This document shows positions 23,076-35,600 of a stretch of 64,000 bases of DNA, piece after piece. The position numbers and the translations under genes are program-made. Position 1 is the first letter of the stretch; every line of letters starts with the position of its first letter. The notes below the pieces were generated by a model. The model was not told where the DNA came from. It made no database searches and worked only from the letters and a program-made list of their open reading frames with translations. The stretch covers positions 1,984,001 through 2,048,000 of the forward strand of contig CAVYRF010000001.1 in the NCBI GenBank assembly GCA_963770895.1, given 5' to 3'. This stretch comes from an uncultured Acidobacteriota bacterium (lineage in GTDB: Bacteria; Acidobacteriota; Thermoanaerobaculia; Multivoradales; UBA5704).

Positions 23076-23276
23076 CGTGGTGTTCCTCCTGGCGCGATCC
23101 TACCCCAAGTGGGTACCGCGCCGGGGCCAGACCTGCCGGCCGTAGCCGGCGCGGCGCACGGCCGGAGCCTGCGCCGCGCCGGGGTCTGGGCGGGATTAGA
23201 AAGATTTTTGCGCATCGCCGCCGCGCCGTCGCCGCCGGCCGGCGCGGTCGATGGCAGGTACCGCGAGCGGTCTGTC

Positions 23277-23432
23277 TTAATCCAGTCCGGGAGGGCAGTT
23301 GACCAGGGTGCAGCTGACGCACGCGCTGTGGGGGTTGGAGCCGGTCTCCGCGGCGGCGGCCGCCGACGTGACCGATGCCAGGGAGCGGATCGTTTCGCGG
23401 TGCAGGTTGAGCGTAGCAAGCTTTTTCTTCAC
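23277..23432 (-). CDS. 51-aa RiPP (lanthipeptide-like) precursor peptide, absent from ORF track
   Basis: RBS AAGGAGGAG, GTG start, TAA stop; MKKKLATLNLHRETIRSLASVTSAAAAAETGSNPHSACVSCTLVNCPPGLD. Confidence 0.8.
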   Translation of the reverse strand: MKKKLATLNLHRETIRSLASVTSAAAAAETGSNPHSACVSCTLVNCPPGLD

Positions 23433-23670
23433 GATGTCTCCTCCTTTGCCGCAACGTTACGTTAAAGAAAGACCGCTGTAAAGAACGCCGCCGCGGCAGC
23501 CCATCGCATGGAGCGATCGCGCCGATGTTGCGCCGCATTGCACTCGATAAATGACGTCTTGTTGCCGGAAAGCGACGCGTTTGACGACTGATCGCGTTGC
23601 TATATTTCAAACCGATCAAGTTTTTTCTGCGCTCCCGGATCACTCAAACGAAAGGGATATTTCGAACAAT

Positions 23671-26600
23671 ATGAGACCGATTTGTGCGCCAAATGCTGCG
23701 CTGCGGGATGCCGAGCTGCCGGCGGGCGTGCTGGCCGCCTGGTTGCGCGGCGCGGCGGCGCGGGCTCTGGGCATCCAGCCGGCAGATGTGCCGCTCGATC
23801 GGTCGCTGGTAGGCCTGGGCCTGGATTCGCTGGCGGCGGCGGAGCTGGCGGCGGCGATCGAAGCGGATCTGGCGGTGCCGGTCTCGATTGCGGACCTGCT
23901 GGAAGGACCCAGCGTCACCGAGCTGGCCGAGCGCATCGCGGTGCTGCAGGCTGCGGATTCGCCGGGCAGCGAGGCCGCCTCAAGCGGCGAGCCGGGGCAG
24001 GAGCCCAAGCCGGAGCCGAGCGGTGCGCTCGCGCAGGGCGGCGACGCGGCGCCGGATCGCCAGCCTCTCCGCCATGCGCTGACGCAGGGACAGCAGGCCC
24101 TCCTGGCTCTCGACCGCAGGTCCGCGGGCGGGGCCGCCTACATCATCAGCGCCGCGGCGCTGATCGAGGGCGACCTGTCGGTGGCGCGGCTGCGCGCAGC
24201 GCTGGCGGCGCTGATGGCGCGGCATCCCGCCTTGCGCGCCACCTTTCACGAGAGCGCCGGCGAAACCGAACAGGTGGTGCGGGACCAGGCGGCATTCGAG
24301 TGGGTGGAGGAGGCGGCGGAGGGCTGGAGCGACGCCCAGCTGCGTGCCTGGATGGCGGAACAGGCGCACCGGCCGTTTGACCTGGAGGCGGGGCCGGTGT
24401 TGCGGGTGGCGCTGCTGGGGTGCGGCGCGCGGCGGCACCGGTTGGTGTTCGCGGTGCACCACCTGGTGGCGGACTTCGGGTCGCTGGGGATCTTGCTCGC
24501 GGACCTGCGCGCGCACTACGGCGGGGCCGCGCTGCCGCCACCGGCGCCGGGCGCCTCGTACGCCCAAGTCGCACGGCGCGAGGCGGCCTGGGTCGCGGGA
24601 CCCGAAGGGCAAGTGCAGGCGGCATTCTGGCGTGGGCAGTTCGCCGGCGGGGTGCGGGCGCTCGACCTGCCGGCCGACCGGCCGCGCCCGCCGCTGCCCA
24701 GCTTTCGCGGCGGCGCCCGCGGGCTGCGGTTCGACGCGGAGGTAAGCCGGTCGCTTGCGGCGGTGGGCCGCGAGGTGGGGGCGACGCCGTTCATGACGCT
24801 GCTCGCGGTCTATGTGGCGCTGCTGCACCGGCTCAGCGGCACCGAGGACTTCTGGGTGGGGACCCCTGCCGCGGGGCGGCGGGACGCGGACCTGGACGGA
24901 GTCGTCGGCTACTTCGTCAACCCGGTCGCCGTGCATGCCAGGATCGGCGCCAGGCCGCGTTTCGAGGAGCTGCTGCGGCGCCAGCGCGCCGCGGCGCTGG
25001 CCGCCTTTGCCCACCAGCGGCTGCCCTTCGCGCTGGCGGCGGCGGAAGTTGCGGGAGGGCACGACCCCAGCCGGTCGCCCGTCTTCCAGACGATGTTCGT
25101 GCTGTACCGCGAGCGCGCCGGCGACCGGGGACTGGCCGCGCTGGCGATGGGCGAGGGCGATACGCCGCTCGACCTGGGCGGCGGCGTGGTGGTGCTGCGG
25201 CCGGCGCCGCTCGAGCGGCGAGCGGCGCAGCTGGACCTCACGTTGCAAATGGCCGAGATCGACGGCTGCTATGCGGCATCGCTCGTCTATAGCGACGATC
25301 TGTTCGACGCCGCGACCGCCGCGCGCATGCTGGGACAGCTGCGCAGCCTGGCGGAGGCGGTGGCCGCGCCGGGCGGCCGCACGGTGCGAGTGGCGGAGCT
25401 GCCGCTGCTGTCGGCGGCCGAATCGCACCAGCTCATGGTCGAGTGGCAGGGCCAGGCCGGCGCCGAGCCGGCCGGCGACGGTCTGTGCCTGCACCAGCTG
25501 TTCGAGCGGCGGGCGGCGCTGACGCCCGCCGCGGTGGCGCTGGTCTGCGAGGGCGCGGAGCTGACCTACGGCCAGCTGAGCCGCAGCGCCAACCGTCTGG
25601 CGCGGCACCTGCGCCGCTTCGGGGTGGGGCCCGAGGTGCGGGTCGCGCTCTGCCTGGAGCGCGGTATCGACCTGGTCGTGGCGCTGCTCGCGGTGCTCAA
25701 GGCGGGCGGTGCCTACGTGCCGCTCGATCCTGGCTACCCTCGCGAGCGCCTGCGCTTCGTCGCCGCCGATGCCCTGGCGGACGTCGAACATCCGGTCCTG
25801 ATCACCCGGCGACAGCTTGCCGGCCTGTTCGCCCCCGCCGCCCCCGCCCCCGACGCTGCCGCACCCGGCGCTGCCGCACCCGGCGCCGCCGCACTCGATG
25901 CCGCTGCGTTCGACGCCGCGGCCCGGCGACCCTTCCGCCTGCTGCTGGTGGATGGAGACCGCCAGGCGATCGCCGCCGAAAGTGCCCAGGACCTGGCGGC
26001 CGGCGCGGCACCCGCGGCTTTGGCCTACGTGATCTACACCTCGGGCTCGACGGGCCGGCCCAAGGGGGTGATGGTCAGCCATGCCAACGTGACTCGCCTG
26101 CTGCGCCAGACCGAGCGGTGGTACGGCTTCGGCGCACGGGACGTCTGGCCGCTCTGCCATTCGGCGGCGTTCGACGTTTCGGTGTGGGAGATCTGGGGCG
26201 CCCTGCTCTACGGCGGCCGCCTGGTGATCGTGCCGTATTGGGCCAGCCGCGCTCCCAACGCCCTGCATCGCCTGCTGGTGGAGCAGCGGGTGACGGTGCT
26301 CAACCAGACGCCGTCGGCATTCCGCCAGCTGATCGAAGCCGATGCCGCGGCGGACGCGGCGGCGCGGCGCGACCTGGCGCTGCGCTGGGTGATCTTTGCC
26401 GGCGAGGCGATCGACCTGGCCTCGCTGCGGCCGTGGGTGGAGCGCCACGGCGAGGCGGCGCCGCGCCTGGCGAACATGTACGGCATCACCGAGACGACGG
26501 TCCATTCCACCTGGCGGGCGCTGACGGCGGCCGATCTGGACGATCCGGGGCGCAGTCCGATCGGCGTCGGCATCGCCGATCTGAGCCTCTACCTGCTGGA

Positions 26601-29600
26601 CGCCGCGGCCCAACCGGTGCCGCTCGGCGTGCCCGGCGAGATCCACGTCGGGGGCGCGGGCGTGGCGCGCGGCTACCTGGCCCGCCCCGACCTGACCGCC
26701 GCGCGCTTCGTCCCCGACGCCTGGGCCGGCGCACCGGGCGGCGGGCGCCTCTACCGGTCGGGCGACCTGGCTCGCTGGCGGCCGGGGGGCGACCTTGAAT
26801 ACCTGGGCCGGATGGATCACCAGGTCAAGATCCGCGGCTTCCGCGTCGAGCTGGGCGAGATCGAAGCCGCGCTGGCGGTGCAGCCGGGAGTGCGCGCCGC
26901 GGCGGTGACCCTGTGGTCGCCGCGCTCGGCCGGCCCCGCCGCCTCCGGCGTGAGCGGCGGCGCCGTCGCGGCCGGCGAAGACGCCCGCCTGGTGGCCTAC
27001 GTGGTGATGGGCGAGGAGCGCGCCACCCAGGCCGACGGCGGCAGCGCTGCCAGGACGGCGACGGCGGTGTTGCCGCCCACGCCGGCGGGCCAGCTGCGGC
27101 AGGCCCTGGCTTCGCGCCTGCCGGAGCACATGGTGCCGGCCAGCTTCGTCTTCCTGGAGGCGTTCCCGGTGACGCCGAGCGGCAAGCTGGACCGCCGGGC
27201 GCTGCCGCCGCCGGCGTCGGACGGACGGATGGATGCGGCGGGCTGGGTGGCGCCGCGCACTGCCGCCGAAGAGCTGGTGGCGGACCTGTTCGCGGCGGTG
27301 CTGGCGGTCGGCCGGGTGGGCGCGCAGGACAGCTTCTTCGCCTTGGGCGGCCACTCCCTGCTGGCGACGCGCCTGGTGACGCGGGTGCGCGCGGTGTTCG
27401 GGGTGGATCTGGTGTTGCGCCAGGTCTTCGAGCACCCCACCGTGGCGGAGCTGGCGCGCCTGCTGACCGGCATGGCCCGCCTGGATCATCCGCGGGCGCC
27501 GCCGCTGCTGCCCGCGGCTCGCTCCGAATCGGCGCCGGGCGCGCCGGCGGTGGCCGGCCCGATCCCGCTGTCCTACGCGCAGGAACGGTTGTGGTTCCTG
27601 GACCGCCTGGTGCCGCGCGGGGCGGTGTACAACCTGCCGGGGGCGTTGCGCCTGCGCGGCCCGCTGGACGTGCCCGCCCTGGCCGCCAGTCTGCGCGCCA
27701 TCGTGCGGCGGCACCAGGTGCTGCGCACGGTGTACCCGGCGGCGGCGGGGAATGCGCCGCGGCAGCAGGTGCTGGCCGATTTCACCCTGCCGATACCGCT
27801 GGTGGACCTGGCGGGCCTGGGCCTGGGAGGCGCCGACGACGGCAGCGATGCCCACGGGATGGGCGACGCGATCGGCGCTGCCGGCGCATCGGGCGGTACC
27901 GGCGACGGAGTGCCGGCCGCGCACCGCGTGCGCCAGGCCGCCGCCTGGCAGGTGGCTGTCTCCCTGGCGCGCGAGCCGTTCGACCTGGCGTGCGGGCCGC
28001 TGGTGCGCGTCCACCTGCTGCGCCTGGGCGCCGCGCATCACCTGCTGATCCTGACGCTGCATCACATCGTGGCGGACGGCTGGTCGGTCGGCATCTTCCT
28101 GCGCGAGTTGGCGGCGCTGTATGCAGCCTGCGTGGCGCCCGCGCGCCCGGCTTTGCCGGCGCTCGCGCCGCTGCCCATCGCCTACGCCGACTTTGCGCGC
28201 TGGCAGCGCGCCTGGATGGAGGGCGAGCGGCTGGCGGCGGAGCTGGCGCACTGGCGGCGGGTCCTGGCCGGGGCGCCGCCGCGCACCGAGCTGCCGGCGG
28301 ACCGCCCGCGCCCGCCCGCGCCCAGCTATCGCGGCGGGCGCACGCACGTGCTGCTGCCGCCGGCGGCGCTGCGCGACCTGCGCGGCGTCGCGCGGCAGCA
28401 GGGTGCGACGCTCTTCATGGCGCTGCTGGCGGCGTTCGACGCCCTGATCGCCCGCCATGGCGGCCGCGAAGACCTGGTGGTGGGGACGCCGGTCGCCAAC
28501 CGCGAGCGCATCGAGACCGAGGGCTTGATCGGCTGCTTCGTCAACTCGCTGCCGCTGCGGGTCTCGCTCGCCGGCCGGCCGCACGCGGGCGAGCTGGTTG
28601 CCCGCGTGCGCCAGGCCAGCCTGGATGCGTTCGCGCACCAGGACCTGCCGTTCGAAAAGCTGGTCGAGTCGCTGTCGCCGGAGCGCGACCTGACGGCGCC
28701 GCCGGTGTTCCAGCTGATGCTGGTGGTGCAGAACGCCGGCGACCCGCACGACCCGCACGGTGGAGACGGCGGCCTGCGGCTGGAGCTGTGCGCGATCGAC
28801 ACCGCCACCGCCAAGTTCGACCTGCTGGTCGAAGCGGTGGAGGCGGCGGATGGCTTGCGCCTGGGCTTCGAGTTCAGCCGCGACCTGTTCGACGCGGTGA
28901 CCGTCAAGCGCTTCGCGGCGCACTTTGTCACCCTCGCCGCGGCGCTCGGCGGCGAGCCGCCGCTGCCGATCGGCGAGCTGCCGCTGCTGACCGCCGGCGA
29001 GCGTCAGCAGCTGCGCGAGTGGAACGACACTGCCGCCGCCCCTCCGCGCCATCTCTGTCTGCACCAGCTGATCGAGCAGCAGGCCCGCCGCACGCCGGCG
29101 GCGGTCGCGGTGGTGGATGGGGAGGGCGGCAGCCTGACCTATGCGGCGCTCGACGCCGCCGCCAACCGCCTGGCGCGCCGCCTGCGGCACCTGGGCGCCG
29201 GCGCGGAGACGGTGGTCGCCGTCTGCGCCGAGCGATCGGTCGCCCTGGTGGTCGGGCTGCTCGCCATCCTCAAGGCGGGCGCCGCCTACCTGCCGCTCGA
29301 TCCCGACTACCCGGCCGAACGCCTGCGCTTCATGCGCCAGGACGCGGGCGCCCCGCTGCTGCTCACCGAGCGCCGGGTCGCGGCGCGCCTGGGCGAGCCG
29401 CTGCCGCCGCCGGCGGCGGCGTCGGCGTCGGCGTCGGCGGGCACGGTGTGGCTGGACGACCTGGATAGCGACAGCGAACCGTGGGCGCCAGGCAAGGACC
29501 AGGCGGGACGGCCCGACGGCGGCCTGGGCGCGACCGCCGCCGCGGACAACCTGGCGTACGTGATCTATACGTCGGGTTCGACCGGCCGGCCCAAGGGCAC

Positions 29601-32600
29601 GATGAATAGCCACCGTGGCATCGTCAACCGCCTGCTGTGGATGCAGCAGCGCTACCGCCTGGCGGCCGACGACCGCGTGCTGCAGAAGACGCCGCTCAGC
29701 TTCGACGTCTCGGTGTGGGAGCTGTTCTGGCCGCTGCTCGCCGGCGCGCGGCTGGTCATGGCGCGCCCAGGCGGGCACCGCGATCCCGCGTACCTGCTCG
29801 CAGCCATCGCAGACCAGGCGATCACCACGGTGCACTTCGTGCCGGCGATGCTCGCCGCCTTTCTTGCCGCCGCCTCCGACGCGGTGGCGACGCCCGCCGG
29901 CCGCCGGCCCGACCTTTCGTCGTTGCGGCGCGTCCTGGCGAGCGGCGAGGCGCTGCCGTACGAGCTGCAGCAGGAGCACGCGGCACGCATCGCCGCGCCG
30001 CTGCACAACCTCTACGGGCCGACCGAAGCGGCGGTGGACGTGACCAGCTGGCAGACGGACCCGGCCGGCGCCCGCCGCCTGGTGCCGATCGGCCGGCCGG
30101 TCGCCAACACCTCGATCCACCTGCTCGATCGCGACGGGCGGCAGGTGCCGGTCGGCGCGGCAGGGGAGCTGCACATCGGCGGCGTGCAGGTCGGCCGCGG
30201 CTACCTGGGCCGCCCCGACCTGACCGCGGAGCGCTTCGTGCCCGCCGCCGTGCCAGCTGTGGCCGGCGATCCGCACGGAGCGCGCCTCTATCGGACGGGC
30301 GACCTGGCGCGCCACCTGGCCGACGGCGCGATCGACTACCTGGGGCGCCTGGACGGCCAGGTGAAGATCCGCGGCCTGCGCGTCGAGCTGGGCGAGATCG
30401 AAGCGGCGCTCGCCGCCCATCCGGCGGTGCGCGCCGCCGCCGTGGCGCTGCGCCCGCTGGCCGCCGCCGCGGGCGCGCCGGTCGCCCTGGTGGGCTACCT
30501 GGTCGCCGCCGCCTCTCCGGCCGCCGCCGACCGTTCTGCCGCGGCTCCAGCCCCTGCCGCCGCGCAAGCGGTTGCGGCGCCGGCGGAGGCCGCCGCCCTG
30601 CGGCAGTTCCTGGCGGCGCGGCTGCCGCGCCACATGCTGCCGGCGGCCCTGGTCTGGCTCCCCCAGCTGCCGCTTTCGCCCAGCGGCAAGGTGGACCGGG
30701 GCGCTCTGCCGCCGCCGCACCTGGCTGGCGGACGGGACGCCGCGGCGGCGGCGGCGCGGCTGCCGGAGTCGCCGAGCGAGCAGCTGGTGGCGGCCTGTTT
30801 TGGCGAGCTGCTGGGGGTCGAGCCGATCGGCCTGGACGACGACTTCTTCGCCCGCGGCGGGCACTCCCTGCTGGCGACGCGGCTGGTGTCGCGCCTGCGC
30901 CAGCTGCTGGGCGTCGAAGTGCCGCTGCGCGAGGTCTTCGAAGGCCCGACCGTCGCCGCGCTGGCCCATCGCATCGACAGGCTGCTGGCGGGCGGCGACG
31001 CCGCGGCAGCTGCGCCGCCCATCCGCCCGGCGCCGCGCGACCTGCCGCTGCCGCTCTCCTTTGCGCAGCAGCGCCTGTGGTTCCTCGATCAGCTGCAACC
31101 CGGCAGCCCGCTGTACAACCTGCCGCTGGCGCTCGGCCTGGACGGGGAGCTGGCGATCGCCGGCCTGCGCGCCGCCCTGGCCGCGCTCGTCGCTCGCCAG
31201 GAAGCGCTGCGCACGGTGTTTGCGGTTCCGGCCGGCGGCGGCGATCCGTTCCAGCGGATCCTGCCCGCCGCGCCCCAGCCGCTGCCGCTGGTCGATCTCA
31301 CCGGCCTGCCGGCGGCGCGGCGCGAGCCGCTGGCCCGCGAGCTTGCCGCGGCGACGGCGCTGCTGCCCTTCGACCTGGCGCGCGGACCTCTGGCGCGCGC
31401 CCGCCTGGTCCGCCTGGCGGAGCAGCGCCACGTGCTGCTCCTCGCCCTGCACCACATCGTCGGCGACGGCTGGTCGCTGGCGTTGATCGTCGACGAGATC
31501 GCCGCGCATTACACCGCCGCCGTCGCCGCCGTCGCCGCCGTCGCCGGCGTCGCCGACGTGGCCCGCCCCCTGCCCGCCTTGCCGGTGCAGTACGGCGACT
31601 TCGCGGTCTGGCAGCGCCGCTGGCTGCAGGGCGACGTGCTGCAGCACCAGCTGGACTATTGGCGCCGCCACCTTGCCGGCGCGCCGGCGCAGCTGGACCT
31701 GCCCCTGGATCGCCCGCGCCCGCCGGTGCAGAGCGGCCGCGGCGGCACCCGGCGCGCCGCCTTCGACGCCCGCCTGACCGAGGCGCTGCGGTGCCGGTCG
31801 CGCGCCGGCGGCGGCACGCTGTTCATGACCCTGCTGGCCGCCTTCCAGCTGCTCCTGGCGCGCCACGCCGGCCAGGACGACGTGGTGGTCGGCACCCCGA
31901 TCGCCAACCGCACCCGCGGCGAGATCGAAGGCGTCGTCGGCATGTTCGTCAACACCCTGGCGCTGCGCACCCGGATCGCGCCCGAAGCCGGCTTCGGTCA
32001 CCTCCTGGCGAGCGTCCGCGAGGTCACGCTGGGGGCCTTCGCGCGCCAGGACCTGCCGTTCGAAAGGTTGGTCGAGGAGCTGCGGCCGGAGCGCGCGCGG
32101 TCGCATTCGCCGCTGTTTCAGGTGATGTTCGCGCTGCAGGCCCCGACCGCGGCGCCGCCGCCCGCGGCGGGCGTCGCCTTGTCGCTCTTTGCCGAGCCGG
32201 GGACGGGGTCCAAGTTCGACCTGACGCTGTCCCTGCGCGAGGTTGAAGCCGGCCTGACCGGCTGCCTGGAGCACCGCCGCGACCTGTTCGACCCGGCCAC
32301 AGCCGAGCGCCTGCTGGCGGCGTTCGGCAGCCTGCTCACGGCGGTGGCGCACGACGCCGGGAAGCCGCTGTTCGACCTGCCGCTGCTGGCCGACGCGCAG
32401 CGCCACCAGCTGGTCGCGGAGTGGGGCGCCGGCGCCGTCACGCCGCCGCCCGCCGCCGCCAGCCTGCACCACCGGTTCACCGACCAGGCGCGCCGCACGC
32501 CGCAGGCGGTGGCGGTGGTCCACGGCGGCGAGCACCTCACCTTCGGCGAGCTCGATCGCAGCGCCGACCGCCTGGCCCGGGAGCTGCGCCGCCTGGGCGT

Positions 32601-35600
32601 CGGCGCCGGCGCCATCGCCGGCATCTGCGCCCAACGGTCGCCGGCGATGATCGTCGCGCTGCTCGCGGTCCTCAAGGCCGGCGGCGCCTATCTGCCGCTC
32701 GATCCGGGGTACCCGCCCGAGCGCCTGGCCTTCATGGCCGCCGACGCCGGCATCGCGGTGCTGCTGCACGACGCCGCCGCGGCGCCCGGCGGGCGCCTGG
32801 GCGGCCTCGCCCCTGGGGCCGCGCGGTTCGATCTCGCGGGTCTCCCCGAGCTTCGGCAGCTCCAGGATCTCCGGGGCCTCCCGCAACCCGACGCGCCGGC
32901 GCCGGCGGACGACGACGGCGGCGGCGCGGCGAGCGCCGCCTACGTCATCTACACCTCGGGCTCGACCGGCACGCCCAAGGGCGTGGTGGTGTCGCACGGC
33001 GCGATCTGCAACCACATGGCGTGGACCCTGCGCATCCTGGCGCCGGATGCGCGGGACGCCGTGCTGCAGCGCACCACCGCCAGCTTTGACGCCTCGGTGT
33101 GGGAGATCTTCCTGCCGCTGTGGAGCGGCGCGCGGCTGGTGCTCCTCGACGCTGCCGCGCAGGGCGACGCCGACCGCATGCTGCAAGCGATCGCCGTCCA
33201 CGGCGTCACCATCCTGCAGACCGTGCCGTCGCTGCTCGCCCTGCTCTGCGACCGGCCGCGCCTCCAGGAGCACTGCCGGTCGCTGCGCCGGGTGATCTGC
33301 GGCGGCGAAACGCTCACCACAGACATCGCCAGCCGCTTCGAGCGCCAGCTGGGCGCGCCGCACGGCCCCCGGCTGCTCAACTTCTACGGCCCGACCGAGG
33401 CGGCGGTCGACGCCTCCTGGTGGCCCTGCCAGCCCGGCGACGCGAGCGAGCGCGGCATGCCCATCGGACGGCCGATCGACAACCTCGACGTCGCGGTGCT
33501 CGACGCCACCGGGCGGATGGCGCCGATCGGCGCCATCGGCGAGCTGCACCTGGGCGGCGCCGGCCTGGCGCGCGGCTACCTGGCGCGCCCCGAGCTCACC
33601 GCGGCGCGCTTCGTCCCCGATCCGCGCCAGCGCCGCGCCGGCGGCCGCCTCTATCGTACCGGCGACCTGGCCCGCTTCCGCGCCGGCGGCCAGCTGGAGT
33701 ATTGCGGCCGCACCGATCACCAGGTGAAGGTGCGCGGCTTCCGCATCGAAACGGGTGAGATCGAGGCGGCCCTGCTGGCGCTGCCGGGCGTCGAGCAGGC
33801 GGCGGTGGCGGTCGTCGCGGCGGCGACGGGCGATCGCCGCCTGGTCGCCTACGTCGCGGCGCCGCCGGACGCCGCGCCGCCGGACCCCGCGGCGTTGCGC
33901 GCCGAGCTGCGCCGCCGGCTGCCCGAGTTCATGGTGCCGGCGGCCTGGGTCACCCTGCCGCGGCTGCCGCGCACCGCACAAGGCAAGCTCGACCGCCAGG
34001 CCCTGGCGCGGATCGCGCCGCGGCCGGGCGCGGTGCTGTCGGGATCGCCAGCGTCGGGAGAGCCGCTGGAGCCGTGGGCGCCGGGCGGCGCGCTGCCGCG
34101 CAGCCCCGGCGAGGAGCTGATCGCCGGCGTGTGGCAGGAGGTGCTGAGCCTGGGCGACGCGCGTCCCGGCCCCGGCGACAACTTCTTCGAGCTGGGCGGC
34201 CACTCGCTGCTCGCCACGCAGGTGGTGTCGCGGCTCGCCGCGATGCTGCACGTCGACCTGCCGGTGGCGACGGTGTTCGAGTCGCCGACCCTGGCGGCCT
34301 TCGCCGCGGCGGTCGAAACGGCGCGCGGCGCGCGGCCGCGGCCGGCGATCCCGCGCGCGCCGCGCCGGGCGCCGCTGCCGCTCTCCTACGCGCAGGAGCG
34401 GCTGTGGTTCCTCGACCGCTTGCAGCCGGGCCAGGCCACCTACAACATGCCGGTCGCCTTCGCCGCCCGCGGCCACCTGGCGCCCGCCATCCTGGATGCC
34501 GCGCTGGGAGAGGTGCTGCGGCGCCACGAAGCGCTGCGCACCCGCTTCGTCGAGTTGGGCGACCGGCCCATGCAGCACTTCGACCCACCGCGGCCGCCGC
34601 GCCTGCCGCTGGTCGACCTGGCCGCGCTGCCCGGCGGGCGGCGGGCCGCCGAGGGCTTGCGCATCGCCCGCGCCGAGGCCGGCCGCCCCTTCGACCTGGC
34701 CGCCGGACCGCTGCTTCGCGGCCTGCTGGTGCGCCGCGGCGGCCCGGCGGAGCCCGCCGCCGCGGAGCACGTGGTGCTGCTCAACGTGCACCACATCGTC
34801 TCCGACGGCTGGTCGATGGGGGTGCTGGTGGCGGAGATCGGCGCCCTCTACCGGGCGGCGATCGCCGGCGCGCCCAGCCCGCTGCCGGAGCTGCCGGTGC
34901 AGTACGCCGACTTCGCGGTCTGGCAACGCGGCTGGCTGGACGAGGCGGAGCTGGGCCGCCAGCTGGCCTGGTGGCGCCAGCGCCTGACCGGCGCGCCGGC
35001 GGCGGTCGAGCTGCCCACCGACCGCCCGCGGCCGATGGCGCAGAGCGGCCGCGGCGGCCTGGCGCGGCTGCACCTGGGAGCGGCGGCGACGGCGGCGCTG
35101 GCGGCGGCCGGGCGCCGGCGCGGCGTCACCCTCTTCATGGCGCTCTTCGCCGGCTGCGCCGCCCTGCTGGCCCGCCTGGGCCGGCAGGAAGACCTGGTGG
35201 TGGGGACGCCGATCGCCAACCGCCACCACCTCGAAACCGAGCGCATGATCGGCTTCTTCGTCAACAGCCTGGCGCTGCGCTGCAACCTGGGCGGCGACCC
35301 GACGACCGCAGAGCTGTTCGGGCGCGTGCGGGAGACGGCGCTGGCCGCCTACGCGCACCAGGACCTGCCGTTCGAACGCCTGGTGGCGGAGCTGCGGCCC
35401 GAGCGGCTGCTCAGCCAGAACCCGATCTTCCAGGTGATGTGCGCCCTGCAGAACGCCCCCCTGGGGGCGCTCGACCTGCCCGGTCTGGACCTGGCGCCGC
35501 TGGCGCTCTCGGCCCCCACCGCCAAGTTCGATCTGGCGCTGTCGTGGAGCGAGCAGCCGGACGCCGGCGGGGCGCTGGCGTGCGAGCTGCGCTATGCCGC

